Below are positions 15,001-27,145 of a stretch of 64,000 nucleotides of DNA, one piece after another. Every line of letters starts with the position of its first letter. Position 1 is the first letter of the stretch. Source of the stretch: Tubiluchus corallicola (lineage: Eukaryota > Animalia > Priapulida). The notes below the pieces were generated by a model that did not search any database, had not been told where the DNA came from, and worked only from the letters and a program-made list of their open reading frames with translations. Both the position numbers and the translations under genes were made by a program. The stretch spans positions 372,001-436,000 of the forward strand of contig JAQGDQ010000127.1 in NCBI GenBank assembly GCA_030141605.1, given 5' to 3'.

Positions 15001-18000
15001 TCATTTAGAAAAGTTCAACGGGTAGACCTATGCAAACGTGCAGGTCGTACCTATGTTATAGTACTTAGTAATGGCTTTATTTTCTCAATGCATTGTAGAA
15101 ATATAATTTTTGCAACTCTTTGATCCAGGAAGTCTCTGCTCTTGTTCTGGTCATAGTACTATAAGCATACTACATGTCCACTTGTCTTTTTTTATATGGT
15201 TGATAAATAATTTCTCGTATTTTAATTTTAAGTGGGATGAATTGCATGAGCGTAAAGTCTGCCGTGCCCAACAGAAGCCTCTTAATGATACGTCTGGTTT
15301 GCCAACTTTACTGAAAAGAAATGTTATAGGTAAGTTAAGCCTGGGTATTAGAGATGAGCAGTGAATGTTCAAATCGAATTAAAACTTTCGAATTGTAACT
15401 TCAAACTATGAATTTTAATAATTCCACACTATGTGGTTCGGGTTGTTATGACCCCAAAGCCTTGCTATCGCGAACTTTATTCAAATTCTGAACCCTGTTC
15501 CCAAACATTCAGCCCGTCCAAACTCTGTACCCGAACTTGTCATCCTGACCCGACCCGATCCCAAACTTTAAAAGTTTATAATATTTCAAAGCTTACAATG
15601 GGTTTTTGAGGCATATGAAGAAAAAAGTGCTAGTTATCATATTATCTGTCGCTTAATTTTGTGATAACATATTGTTTATTGAGATTTTCATGCAAGCAGG
15701 TAATCTTCTTAGTAAAGTAGACCCTATGCATAATTTTTCCGTCTAGCAATCACTTTAACTTCATAGCAAATTTGTGGCTGGCAGGCTACCAGGCAGTGCA
15801 TGTGTATATGTGTGTGAAACCTGTTTGCGATGTAGGCACTTTTTCGTCCAGGATTATAAGAAGCTATAATAGTAAAGTTTTGAGCCTAAGTTATTAATAC
15901 AGCATTGAACAAACACATGCAAATAATTTATATACTGTAATCTCAATTTCAAGATTAGTTCTTGAAACTACTAATTAGTGGATAAACCTACAATTATTGA
16001 ATTTATGAATCCATACCAAAGAATATGCTCCACAGAAAGTGGAGAAAGTCCTACTGCGCAGCAGTTCGCGCAGTTAGTGTCGCCCTAGCGGCACAGCAGT
16101 ACCGACTGTTGTTGTCAGGTACACCATAGAGCAAGCTGTTTGCGCACCGGTGTTGATGAGACCACCAAAGCCAGGCCGGTCGACAGTCGCTCATAATTTG
16201 CTCAGCAGTTGCAAAAACAATAAAAATATCTTTTTAAATTTCCCGAGGATGCAGCCAGGTAATTATATCAAAATGCTAATTATAACACAGTTTTGTAACT
16301 TTTGTTACAAGCAAAATATTTGTACACTAAGCAAAGACTGCCTACATCTGTCTTTGGCGATTTATAGTAGCTGTTATATTTTTGAATATGATTTAAAGCA
16401 AGCATAAGGCACTAAGAATAATTAGTAGTTAAAATAAAAACTATTATACTCACATCTCATCAAAATTAATATTCTTATTTACAAAAGAGGTTAAGAAAGT
16501 TGATCATAAAGAAAGTTTGCTAACACCTGACTCTTGTAGTATTCTATTTCAGGAGAAATATTTTTTCTAAAAAACATTCCAATTTAATATGTTTTTATCA
16601 GGAAATATAGCTTGAAGAAATATTAAGCCTGACTTTCGTGTGTTTTACCTTTCATGGAAAAAAATCGATTTTTTCAGAAAAGCAAAATAATTTTTCCAGA
16701 ACAAAACTTAATCTAAGCATCTGCATGTTTTGTTAATTCTAAGTTAAACGATGTTTAAAAAACACATAATCATACATTGGCCTTTGTTATGAGTTGGAGT
16801 TGGTTATAAAATCACGTTGTACAAACGGAGAAGCATTTATGACATTACTCCTCTTTTTTATTGTCAGTGAACAAAGAATAACAAAACAAAACATCAGAGC
16901 TGTCATCCTGAGCAGCCGACATTACTTCCACCTCTATAACAGTCAACTAACTAGGTCAAAATCAACTTACAGAATTCAGGTGAGAAGCCAACCTGGCGCA
17001 TAAATTAGAATCTGCAGGCAGGTCATAACATCTCATATGTCATGTGTAGATGTCACTTACATTTAGCCTAATTTTTTAAGATTCAGTTAGGCTTACGTCA
17101 AAATCAATGTTCATTAAATACAGTCTGTTTACGTGTAAAAAAATGTACTTGTATAAGTGTACTAATAAAACACCTGTGGCTAAATCCACAGACAAAGTAT
17201 TGATAAATAATTTATTTATTGATGGGCTTAAATTGATTTTATAGGCCTAGGTGCTAAGGGCAATCAGTTTATGTTGTTAAATATATAGGCCCAGCTTCAT
17301 AGAATCTCTGTATGTAATAGTGCATACATCATACATGTATATGAGTGTGTGTGCATGGGTGTATCAAGACGTTACGACACCTTAGGCCGTGTTTCCACTG
17401 CGTCCGCACAGACACGTACAGACACAGACTTTTCTGTCCGCAAAAGTTGTTTCCATTAGGACCGCACTCATTCTGTAAAATACATCATAAATAAGCCAAA
17501 AGTTTAGCGCGAAATTCTAAAGATGAGACTTTCTAGAAGAAACAAGATTTTTAATTTGCTATGGTGGTTAAAGAAAAAGGTAAGTAGGCGATACAGGAAG
17601 TGACAACATCGTTTTTGGGTTCCCTATTTCAATATTTGAAAATCATGGACGGCTAGGCGAATATCATCATGTGTTGCAACAAGTTGTAATAATGGATGAA
17701 GAAAAGTGCCTTGGTCATTTGAGATTGCAACCTTCAACCCTCCGAATTTTACTTCATTTGTGTTTTGAACATCTTAAGAAACAGAACACAAATTTTCGGA
17801 ATTGTATTTCACCAGAACAGCATCTTGTTGTTACACTAAGCAGAGCCAACAACTAATAAACTGTATCTTAGCATGAAATTATTATTCACATTTTCAGAAA
17901 TATTATTATACGTGTATTACATATAGTTAATGTCTAATTTTAATTATTATCGAGGCTTTCAATTTACATTAACACTTACAATTCACATTTACATTCCACA

Positions 18001-21000
18001 TTAATGATTTAGTTAGCATACATGTGCGTTATGAAACTTGAAACAAAAGAAATGTTGCAATCTTGTGCTTGTGTTATGCAACAATATAGGTTTCAGCACT
18101 GGATTATGCATTCTTGCCTAAATGTTCAAGCTAACAATGGGCATCATTCCACCACCATATTCCGGTGCATTTTCTTTTACATAACACAAAAGAAGTTGTT
18201 GCACTTCAATACAAAACAACAAGTTCTTAATTGGGTCAAATTGCCACATCATTGGCACTAAACTCTTTAAAAAAAGCTCGTGATTATTTTTCACTTGGTG
18301 GTGAAGACAAACGGAAGCCTTAAAATTATCTACTGCAGCGTTTCTCCTTATTATTATTAACATATTGCAGTTGATTATGATTGTGCCTTGCATAACTCGA
18401 CGTAGTCCAGTCAATTTGTTAATGATAAACAAATTATAACAGATGAAGCCAACGTCAACAATTGGCTTAGAGCGAGAAGTTTTGTGGGTTTAGCAGGTTT
18501 GGGAGCAAAACGACTTGGCAGGTTTGGCATGTTGGCAAAGTGCATCTCTAGGCTGTGGGAAATCGGAACTGAATAGCATGATGTCAAGAGTTTAGCTAGT
18601 ATAGTAGTGTTGAGGTTGGAGGGGTATAGGATGAAAGGCTACGTGGCATAAAACAGCTTGAAGGTTCCACAATTTCGCGCGGCTCTGCATGATGTGCTTG
18701 CCTAATATCTACAGTTTTGCCTACCATGGCAAAATTTTCAGACATTTAAAAATCAGATTGTGCGAATATTTGGCATGTGGTTTTCTTTTAAATGCAAGCA
18801 ATTAAAAGCAGTCTTCCGGATGATCGTCCATCCATTATTAATCGAGCAGGGCATTTGTACAGCTGTGTTGTAGCCAAACATTTGCCTTGAGCACTCAGTC
18901 CAAAAACACTATTCTGTTCATATCCTGAGCATTAAAAATTACAGTTAGTTACAATAAGGTAACATATTTGCTAAAATATTTTGTTAAACATATGAACCAA
19001 GAAACATAGTACATATTTGTATAAAACTGATTATTAAAAAACATGTGAATGAATAGGCTGTGCTTTATTCTTAATATGATTAGGGCTCACATATAAAAGT
19101 TAGGGATCTATTGGAAGGCAACAAATGGTTACTTCCTGATTCTCAGGCTTAAACCTTATGGTATTTTTCACAGCTTTATATTTCTTGGTAAAATGACTAT
19201 CTAGAGAGAAATCATTATACTTGAAATGTACTTGATAAATTTGTACATGATTTAGAAGCAGAAAGTTTTAGTACAATTATTGAACGTTCCAAATTAGAAA
19301 AGCACAATCATTTTTGCACAACAGCTATCAAAGCTTTTTGTTGTATTGTGTTAATTGCTAGCTTTTAGCATGTCAGATCCTTTCTCAGCTATCATAACAA
19401 CAGCAGCCTGAATGTTAGCAGAAACTATTTCTGGCATAACAGATGCATCAATAACTCTCAAGCTTTGGATTCCTCTAACTTTGAGTTCAGGGTCAACAAC
19501 AGCATTTGTATCATTAGTCGCACCCATTCTACATGTACCAGTAGCATGGTATATTGATGCTGTCATTGTACGTACACAACATGCCCAGTATTCATCCTCT
19601 TTCAATTTTTCGCATCCTGGAACTAACTGAGTACGCATTCGTGTGCCAATAGACTTGAATGCTTTTGTTTCTGTTAGCTTCAGTGCCAATTTGATGCCTT
19701 CAACTAGCATTTTTACATCACCTTCCTTTTCAAAATACTTTGGATCAATAACAGGTTCATCAAATGGATCACTTGAATGAAGCCTAATTTCTCCTGTACT
19801 CTTTGGATGAAGTAACATGGTGGTTATTTTAAACATCTGTTTGTTTAATTGATCAGCAAAATTGAAATCATGGATAAATTTATCACTGAACCCAGATTTT
19901 CGTTTTGTTTCAGTGTCACCCAAAAAACCAATTACAGGTCCTCCAATCTCAAACTCAATGTCAGGAATTGCTAAGTTTGGATTCGAATATTTGGTTTTGT
20001 ACATCATAATACCACATGTTTGAATTGTTGCTAGTGGTCCATTTCCAAAAAGTTTATATTGTAACACAGATTTCCAGCTTTCTATTTGATGCTTAACATA
20101 CATTAAAGGTTTATCAATGTAGAATTCTGGAAACCAAGTGCCCATATGATCCTGCATGTTCTTGCCGACAGGAAGATCAGCAACAACCGGAATGCCCATT
20201 TTCTCCAAATGGTCTTTTGGGCCAACACCAGACAACAACAAAAGCTGTGGAGATGCAATTGAACCTGCAGATAAAATTATTTCCTTTCTTGCTTTTACAA
20301 TTTTTTTTTCAGCATAATGTATGAAGACTACTCCTTCTGCCTTTGCACCATTAAAGATAATTTTTTGTGCTCTGGCATATATAGCAACATGTAGGTTAGA
20401 TCTAATTGAAGCAGGCTTTAAATAAGCTTTTGATGTACTCCACCTTGTACCATGCTTTAAATTACCTTGAGGCTTCATGATTTTGAATTGATTCTCGCCA
20501 TTGCTGTCACCAACTTCATATCCAAGTTCTTTACCACCCTCGAGGAAAATATCAGATAATTCAGTAGTTGCTATGTCAGAAATTGGCCATGGACCTTCTT
20601 TGCCGTGGTAACGAGATTTTCGGTAATCAAGATTGAAATTATTTTCAGCTTTCTTAAAGTATTGCAGAATGCTCTCATAGTCCCACCCTGTTGCACCCAT
20701 TGCAGCCCAGCCATTAAAGTCTTCCTTGTTCCCTCTCATGTACACTAGCCCGTTAATACTGCTTGATCCACCGAGCATTTTTCCTCTTGGCCAATAACTT
20801 TGTTTATTTTCGCATGCATAGCAACTGTATTTTTGAGAGACTGTCTTGTATTTCCAGTCAGAAATGCTAACATTTCTCAAATTGCCGCGAGATGCAGGTA
20901 CATCTATGTCATTGATATCTGTGTCCTTTCCACCTGCTTCTATTATTAAAACTTTCACGCTTAAATTTTCACTCAACCGATTGGCTAGAACACAGCCAGA

Positions 21001-24000
21001 TGCTCCAGCACCAATAATAATGTAATCGTAAACTTCGTCTAAATTTTCTGTAGTTATATAATCATCATTCTTGCTTTTGATGTACAAAATGACTATTGCA
21101 AGTAAAACAATCATTAGTTTTGCCAACATGTTTATTGTATACTTTATACCCGTTTTACAAAGGGTTTTTGCCTTTAGCTGTGCGATCTAAAACTGAAAAT
21201 GCTGTTACCAAATAGTTTGACGAGTATTACTTGCTATTACTGTGAACTTGCTAGTACTGCTATAACTTGCTATTATCGTCACAAATAGACTAACGCACTT
21301 TGTTCAAACAGTACAAACTGCAAAGTACGAGATATGTTTACACGTGTGATACTATTTTCTAGCAATAAAACAAAACTTCTGTGAGCGAACATTCCGGATT
21401 AAAATACAAAGCATTGCATTTAAAAATGCGTACTACGCCGTCCTTTCTATTTTTTAAATCTCATTGTAGTCATCAACTTTGTTTAACACAGTTAGCGCAT
21501 CCAGATTACAGCAATTCTTTCAAGTGCGCAGCCATCTTTGATTTATTGGCTGATGTCAGTTCAACTTAGTTTATTTATAATCCCTAGTCTGCGTATCAAG
21601 GAAACAAAAACAACAGTTTTCAAAGGCAAGATTATGTGGTAAAAATTTGTATATTTGAAAGCAGGTCAAATAGGGATTACATATGCAAGATACAAGTGAA
21701 ACGAATATAGATAAATTAAGAAAAGTTAGGATGTATGTCACAAAGCTGTTGCAGCTAATGTAACGAAAGATGAGCAAACTATAAATTAAACATTGACTGG
21801 TGGAAAAGATGAAATTTATGTGTATAAAGTTACACTAAAGCACGTGTCTTTGATCTTGCAAACTGGCACTTTTTGTTGGTGTCAGTTTGCTCGCCAATTT
21901 AGTGAAGAGAATCAATTTTTCTTCTTGATATATCTTCATATGTTGCTAGAGGCCTGCCTAAATATTTATGTTCTCTCCACACATCATCTCCATTCCTTTT
22001 TACGTTGCACTCTTTTGTTATATCTTTGTTTAATAGGAGACACATTTCTTTTCATTTTGTTTGTAGCTTGATCTTGATGTCTTCTATTTCATCTCTGCCT
22101 CTTCCCATGGATACACTTGATTCTGGTTGGTTCTGGTTGATTCTGATTAATCAAGTGTATCCATGGGAAGAGGCAGAGATGAAATAGAAGACATCAAGAT
22201 CAAGCTACAAACAAAATGAAAAGAAATGTGTCTCCTATTAAACAAAGATATAACAAAAGAGTGCAACGTAAAAAGGAATGGAGATGATGTGTGGAGAGAA
22301 CATAAATATTTAGACAGGCCTCTAGCAACATATGAAGATATATCAAGAAGAAAAATCTTAGCACAAGTGGCATATTTCCAAATTAATGGAAAGTTTTGAG
22401 AGTAAGAGAGTCAGTCTGGAATTGGAAACAAAATTAACAATATTTAATGCACTTCTGTAAACTGTGTTTCTTTGCAACTCAATTTTATGGACAATCAAAA
22501 CACATACAAAATCAGAATTAGATCCATTTCAAAGAAGAAACTGAAGTAATATATACGAATAAATGTCCAAAGAAGCTGCCAAATCAGGATCTGTATCATG
22601 AATTCAAAGCAGAGAAATAGAATTTAGAAATACAAATTGAATATGATTGTTTTTCTTGAACTAGATTGATCAGCAGTGAGTGAGTAAGTGGGTCAATGAG
22701 CACAACGACTATTCTACCATATTAATGACAGATTTGAATTTAGTATAAAATTAATATATGTGAGTATGTAATCAACTGTCAAAAGTCATTGATAAACACA
22801 AAAATTGTAAGATATCAGACAATCAAACTTAAACTTAAAACAATCAAAATATTTTAAGGAACTAAATTGAAAAGAACTTGGAGAATAGTTAGAAAGGTAT
22901 CACATTGTAATAGTCTTTTGTGGTCAAAGTGGTCTTTTGTGGTCTGGAGTGAAATAAATTGATTGTTGATTATTGATTGAAGACCAATTTGCTTGTCTCG
23001 TGTTCCAAATCTTTTTGCTTTTATGTTAGACTAACTTTAAACTTCTAATATTTTTTTACAGATTGCCCAAATTGCAAACATAGTTTTGTCATTTCTAAAG
23101 GAGGATGTATGCACTTTAAGTGTAACAGTTGCAACTATAGCTTCTGCATTGGATGCAAAAGGAAGTTTACTGATGGCAAAGTATTAACTTCTAATAAACT
23201 TTTAATTGTTTATAGCGATATAAGAGGTGTCATATTTTTTGCCATATTATTCCAAAAAAATCTGTACCTCACATATACTTCTTAAGTTTCTTATTAAAAG
23301 TATTTTATTTTTGTTTTCCATATTTAGCTACATTTTGTTCCATGAAATTGTCCATAATTATTAAAATTTATAAAAAAATAATTAAAGCTGGATACTTCCT
23401 GTTTCTGATTTGCTATAGGATTACAACGGTCATCATCTCCAAGCAATAAATGTGTTAATTTGCATAAATTATGTATATTATGCAGTGCTGAATTTTTACT
23501 CTCCATGAACTTTTCCAGAAATGTGCGGTCTCTGTGACATGTAAGAATAAAGGTTTACATGCTCATCACCCTCGTAATTGTCTATTCTTTCTAAGAGATT
23601 ATGAAGTTGCAGGACTAGAGTCGCTTCTTGAGGTATGTCTGTAAAGGTCTACATTAAAACAAACTTAAGTTTTTGATAATGTTTTTATTTTAACCTATTC
23701 TTATGGAGAAGGAGCACAGGGTATAGCGAATTCTAACCACAGAATTAGCAAAATTGTATTTTCCAGGCTTCTGTAAGAATTTTTCTTTTTTTAATCCTAA
23801 CTAAATTTGTTTACAAGATACATAGTAGGGACGTAGTAAAATGTGTAATTTTATTATGTAAAATGGTTTCTGTAAGCTACTTAGTATATTACTGATAATA
23901 TTGTACATGTTACATAAAATTATATTTTGGCCAATCTTTTTATAGCAGCACCATGTAAATTACAGAGCAATAATACTGGAGCAGCTGCCTGAAATAGGTG

Positions 24001-27000
24001 TAAATGGTAAGTGAACTGTATCTATGCTGAATCTACAATTTGCTCGGCTTTTCTAAATAATGTGTTTCTTGATAAAATTTGTGTTTTTTTATGTTTCATC
24101 AAATGTGGTGTCCATGATTGAAAGACAACGATAAATGTGGCATAATGGATGAATTGCTGAACTATACACCAAAGTTAATTTACTTTGAGCATCTGAAACT
24201 AAGGTGAATTAACTAGGTTCTTCAAATGTGTGGCTTTACTTACTTTGCATTTTTTTGCAAAATGATCCATTTTTGTGCAAATGGTGCAAAAGTGCACAAA
24301 TATACACTTTCTACCAATGAATAATTTGTTTTCTGTTCCGAGTGATGTAATCATAATATGGCATTGTTTTTCTGAGTTGATACTACATGTATCCAACTCT
24401 CTGCGATACATATATATATGCTGCATATATACAGCTTTGTTATCTTAGCCCATTTACTTATTTGTCATTATGTAGAGTGTTCTTCTCCAGTGAATGATCA
24501 CATTCAAGATTAAAAGATTAAAGTTATATGTTATTATATCATGTTGAATTATGTCATATCACACATATCAAGTGCTTGTATTCGTACGTTGTAAAATACA
24601 TCACAGTTTATGTTGAACAGCCATGTGCTTGTCCCTTGCCACTAACCAAGTATCAACACGGTTTGCGTCACAGTAGTTTTTTTCTTTCAGGATATTGTGA
24701 TGTGTGATTGGTTGTCTTCTTGTTTTTTGTAAGAATAAGAGTTTGTTGTAAAGCAAGATCTTTACAATTACAAGCATTCCTTTCTTAGGCAATATAAGAA
24801 AGGAATTTATGCCCAACGTAGGGCCGGCTCTAGGTGGTTTGACATCGTTGATAAAGGCATTTTTTGTACTACTGTGGTAAAAACTCATCAGCCAACTTGG
24901 GCAGCTTATGGTAGTTGAATTTATTAACCCATTGATCTGGGTTTTCAGGAGCAATAAAAGTTTCTATAATTTCTGATGTGTGCTGTTTATATACATACTC
25001 TTGCAATTGGTTAGATTTTCCTTCAGCCTTTTGCCCTTTTCATTTAAAAATTTTCAATGTGCGTCTGCTTCATTAGTTTCATAACTTTGTTATGGTTGCG
25101 AGTGTTTAGTGAATCTTTTTGCTGTTCCATGTACGCCAGCTTGTTTATCTTTCGTTTTCTATATTACGTTCTTGAAGGCTTCGGTCTCGTATAAGTTTAA
25201 CTGCCACAATTAAATAAATGATTTTGCAAGAAACTTTTTTTGTTAATTGAACAATATGCTGTTGTTAAATTAGCTCTCCTGGTGTATAGGCAAAAGGGGG
25301 ATATTGTTCCAGTAGGATTCTGCTTAAAATAAAATAATTTCATAAAGCCAGGTAAAGCAAAAAGTAGAAAGTGCTTTGTTGCAGGACGGTAGCTCCGTAC
25401 TAGCGTGGGTGAATAGTACATGTTGACATAAAAATAATACAATAAATTTGTCATTTAATTAAAGTTTTGTGCATTAAGCAATTACACACGTACTATTTTA
25501 TTAATACACACAAACTTAAAAATTAAAGAATTACTTCTAGAATTTGCTGCTCTAGGTCACTTGCCTAGTTTCCCTGGTGGCAGAGCCGGCCCTGGCTTGA
25601 CCACATTGTTTAAAGTCTGGCTTCTAGAAGATATAGTGACCTAGGTGTAGTGTAATAAGAAATGAAACTCAAATCTTGGTAACTTTGCTCTACATCTCCC
25701 TCAGCATTCATAATCAAATCCTTTGAATTCAACCTAAGCATTCCTTAGACAACACCATAACATCTTTTTTATTATTTTACATTTTGAAGTTTCATAGGCA
25801 AAGTCACTTAGTGAAAATAATGAGTGAAAACAATGATATTTGCTTTTCAGAGCACAAAGTGTGTCAGGAAGTAATACAGAAGAGTACAGACATGGGCACC
25901 ACAAGTGATATTGTCTGTGGCAAACCCACATTGGACACATGTAACATGGGACTTTGTAGGTAAGAAAACCTTGAATGCACTGCAACCTGATGCTCGTGTA
26001 CAATGTAACTTTCTTATTTGCTAATATAAGTTTGGGGCATATATACTAGCTACATTAAAAAAATTATGCAGCTTATTTTAACTGCTTTGTACATTTTGTG
26101 CTTAGCTAATTATGTTTTGTAAAAGGCAGTTAATTTTTGCAGTGACATACGTCCATAAGGTCTTGCTGTAATTGGTTGTTAATGACATTATCATATTACG
26201 CCGTAATGTGCCGTTGTATGCTTAAAGCATCTGTGGCTGTCTATCAAGAACAGACTATATTAGCTTTAAAACTTTTAAGGAATTCATTGATTCCTAGTAA
26301 TCTACCTAGTAGCAGTAGCTAAAACACAGGAGAGTCCGTTCTCTCTCTGATAGAAACATTAGAGGAACCCAAATGTGCCAATGGCCTAGACAGAGGATAG
26401 ATTTTCTTGTTCTGTGTCTGTAACACTGACAGTGTTTTCTATAAATTTGCTCAACAGAAATTCAATATTTTATTTCTTGCTTTTTGGACCACTACATACA
26501 CTATACACAGCAGTACAACCTTATCATCGCCAGTTTTTTTCCATAGAAAAATTGACATGTTCAACTATATGTAATCATTGTGTATTTGTAATCTGCCCTT
26601 AGTTCCTAAGTTTTCTGTATGACTTTGTGATCACTTTATACATCAATGTATGTATTTTAAATTTATGAAAATTGTTGACTTTTATATTCAAATAAGTTGG
26701 AAAATTTCCTGCATATTCATTCATTGACACATTAGTATAATCAATTGTAGACAATATAATAAAGTATCACAGGCAAAAACATGACATGGGTTTCACAATT
26801 CATTGACGTCTGTTTGTTACTCCAGAACTGTGTTGTACTGAAGTACAGTGAAGAAAATACGGTTGATTGGATATTCTAGCCACATAAAATACTATATTAT
26901 TACCATGTACACTATTAATTAATCATTTCAGAACCCATTACATAGAGGCTTTAGGAAGTTTGATATGGCAGAAAAATATAGACCCAGCTCCTTTACTGAC

Positions 27001-27145
27001 AGAAAAAGAATTAGAAGCAATATTGCTTCGAGAGGATATACCAATGGAGCAACTGCGATCTGGAGAAACATCCAGCCAACGTCGAAAACGAATTCTGTGC
27101 CAAGTTCAAACTGAATTGCCATTGAAACTGGAATCAGAAGTTTAA
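2726..27145 (+). CDS. RNF31: RNF31/HOIP-like RBR E3 ubiquitin ligase (LUBAC catalytic subunit family), 5'-partial, 14 exons in window
   Basis: Phase-consistent GT-AG exons: 2726-2850, 5812-6321, 6844-6941, 9737-9895, 10135-10332, 10600-10766, 12325-12439, 12606-12695, 15233-15329, 23062-23180, 23519-23632, 23946-24006, 25851-25959, 26932-27145 (TAA). Peptide: [12 protein letters not shown] (UBA end), [23 protein letters not shown] (RING1), [29 protein letters not shown] (IBR), [25 protein letters not shown] (RING2), [35 protein letters not shown] (LDD). These match the human HOIP motifs as I recall them. Confidence 0.92.
3190..6260. repeat. Tandem duplication (copy A ~3190-4563, copy B ~4640-6260) including a reverse-strand LINE fragment and an RNF31-like exon
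   Basis: Long highly similar stretches, e.g. aaggaaggtaaataatgagcaatggatcaagcc vs aagaaggtaaataatgaacaactggtcaagcc; gatgagatgatacctgcaaat occurs at ~4261 and ~5961. Confidence 0.9.
4115..4563 (+). pseudogene. Disabled duplicate of RNF31-like exon 5812-6321
   Basis: Same acceptor (ttaatttacag|AAAATTCAAATC). It has T7 instead of T6 near 4420, giving TGA at 4441, plus GAA>TAA in the original frame, and lacks the 3' end and donor. Confidence 0.85.
7330..8740 (+). mobile_element. Decayed LINE RT and C-terminal remnant
   Basis: [31 protein letters not shown] and [17 protein letters not shown] motifs across frames. Confidence 0.8.
10135..10766 (+). CDS. RNF31: RNF31-like exons 10135-10332 and 10600-10766 (UBA end + RING1)
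   Basis: ttttag|GAC TGT...AAC AAG|gtac and ttgcag|ATG ATG CAG...TTT AG|gtaat; Cys/His RING1 pattern. Confidence 0.9.
10861..10910. repeat. (CA)n(TA)n compound microsatellite
   Basis: Direct reading. Confidence 0.95.
11085..11330 (-). mobile_element. Tc1/IS630-like transposase fragment
   Basis: Reverse translation [49 protein letters not shown][fs][15 protein letters not shown] resembles the N-terminal HTH region of IS630-Tc1 transposases. Confidence 0.65.
11961..12046. repeat. (TA)n / (TG)n microsatellites
   Basis: Direct reading. Confidence 0.9.
12325..15329 (+). CDS. RNF31: RNF31-like IBR exons (12325-12439, 12606-12695, 15233-15329)
   Basis: [23 protein letters not shown] / [30 protein letters not shown] / [10 protein letters not shown]; splice phases match. 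Confidence 0.9.
17385..17840 (+). mobile_element. PIF/Harbinger transposon 5' fragment
   Basis: TTA followed by TIR-like ggccgtgtttccact; peptide [49 protein letters not shown], typical of the HARBI1-like transposase N-terminus. Confidence 0.75.
19351..21129 (-). CDS. GMC oxidoreductase (glucose dehydrogenase [FAD]-like), single coding exon, 592 aa, nested antisense in the RNF31-like intron
   Basis: N-terminal hydrophobic signal/anchor; [15 protein letters not shown] motif; [19 protein letters not shown]; [21 protein letters not shown]; catalytic YHATGTC; [26 protein letters not shown] (His/Asn pair); intact ORF. Confidence 0.97.
   Translation of the reverse strand: MLAKLMIVLLAIVILYIKSKNDDYITTENLDEVYDYIIIGAGASGCVLANRLSENLSVKVLIIEAGGKDTDINDIDVPASRGNLRNVSISDWKYKTVSQKYSCYACENKQSYWPRGKMLGGSSSINGLVYMRGNKEDFNGWAAMGATGWDYESILQYFKKAENNFNLDYRKSRYHGKEGPWPISDIATTELSDIFLEGGKELGYEVGDSNGENQFKIMKPQGNLKHGTRWSTSKAYLKPASIRSNLHVAIYARAQKIIFNGAKAEGVVFIHYAEKKIVKARKEIILSAGSIASPQLLLLSGVGPKDHLEKMGIPVVADLPVGKNMQDHMGTWFPEFYIDKPLMYVKHQIESWKSVLQYKLFGNGPLATIQTCGIMMYKTKYSNPNLAIPDIEFEIGGPVIGFLGDTETKRKSGFSDKFIHDFNFADQLNKQMFKITTMLLHPKSTGEIRLHSSDPFDEPVIDPKYFEKEGDVKMLVEGIKLALKLTETKAFKSIGTRMRTQLVPGCEKLKEDEYWACCVRTMTASIYHATGTCRMGATNDTNAVVDPELKVRGIQSLRVIDASVMPEIVSANIQAAVVMIAEKGSDMLKASN
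21915..22356. repeat. Near-perfect inverted repeat (208-bp arms, 26-nt spacer)
   Basis: 21915-22122 is the reverse complement of 22149-22356; I found one mismatch (ggcctgccta vs tagacaggcc). Confidence 0.95.
22149..22620 (+). mobile_element. RTE-like LINE 3' remnant (its 5' part forms the right arm of the hairpin)
   Basis: [45 protein letters not shown] resembles the post-RT region (KYLG..EDI.RR..LA..AF..ISL.TKL.IFN). Confidence 0.65.
23062..27145 (+). CDS. RNF31: RNF31-like RING2-LDD exons (23062-23180, 23519-23632, 23946-24006, 25851-25959, 26932-27145)
   Basis: GGCMHF catalytic motif, [12 protein letters not shown], terminal [10 protein letters not shown]; canonical splice sites. Confidence 0.9.
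24819..25594. mobile_element. hAT-like non-autonomous element
   Basis: Terminal inverted repeats tagggccggctct ... agagccggccctg; internal reverse peptide [15 protein letters not shown] reminiscent of a hAT TTF-zinc-finger region; no TSD recognisable. Confidence 0.55.
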
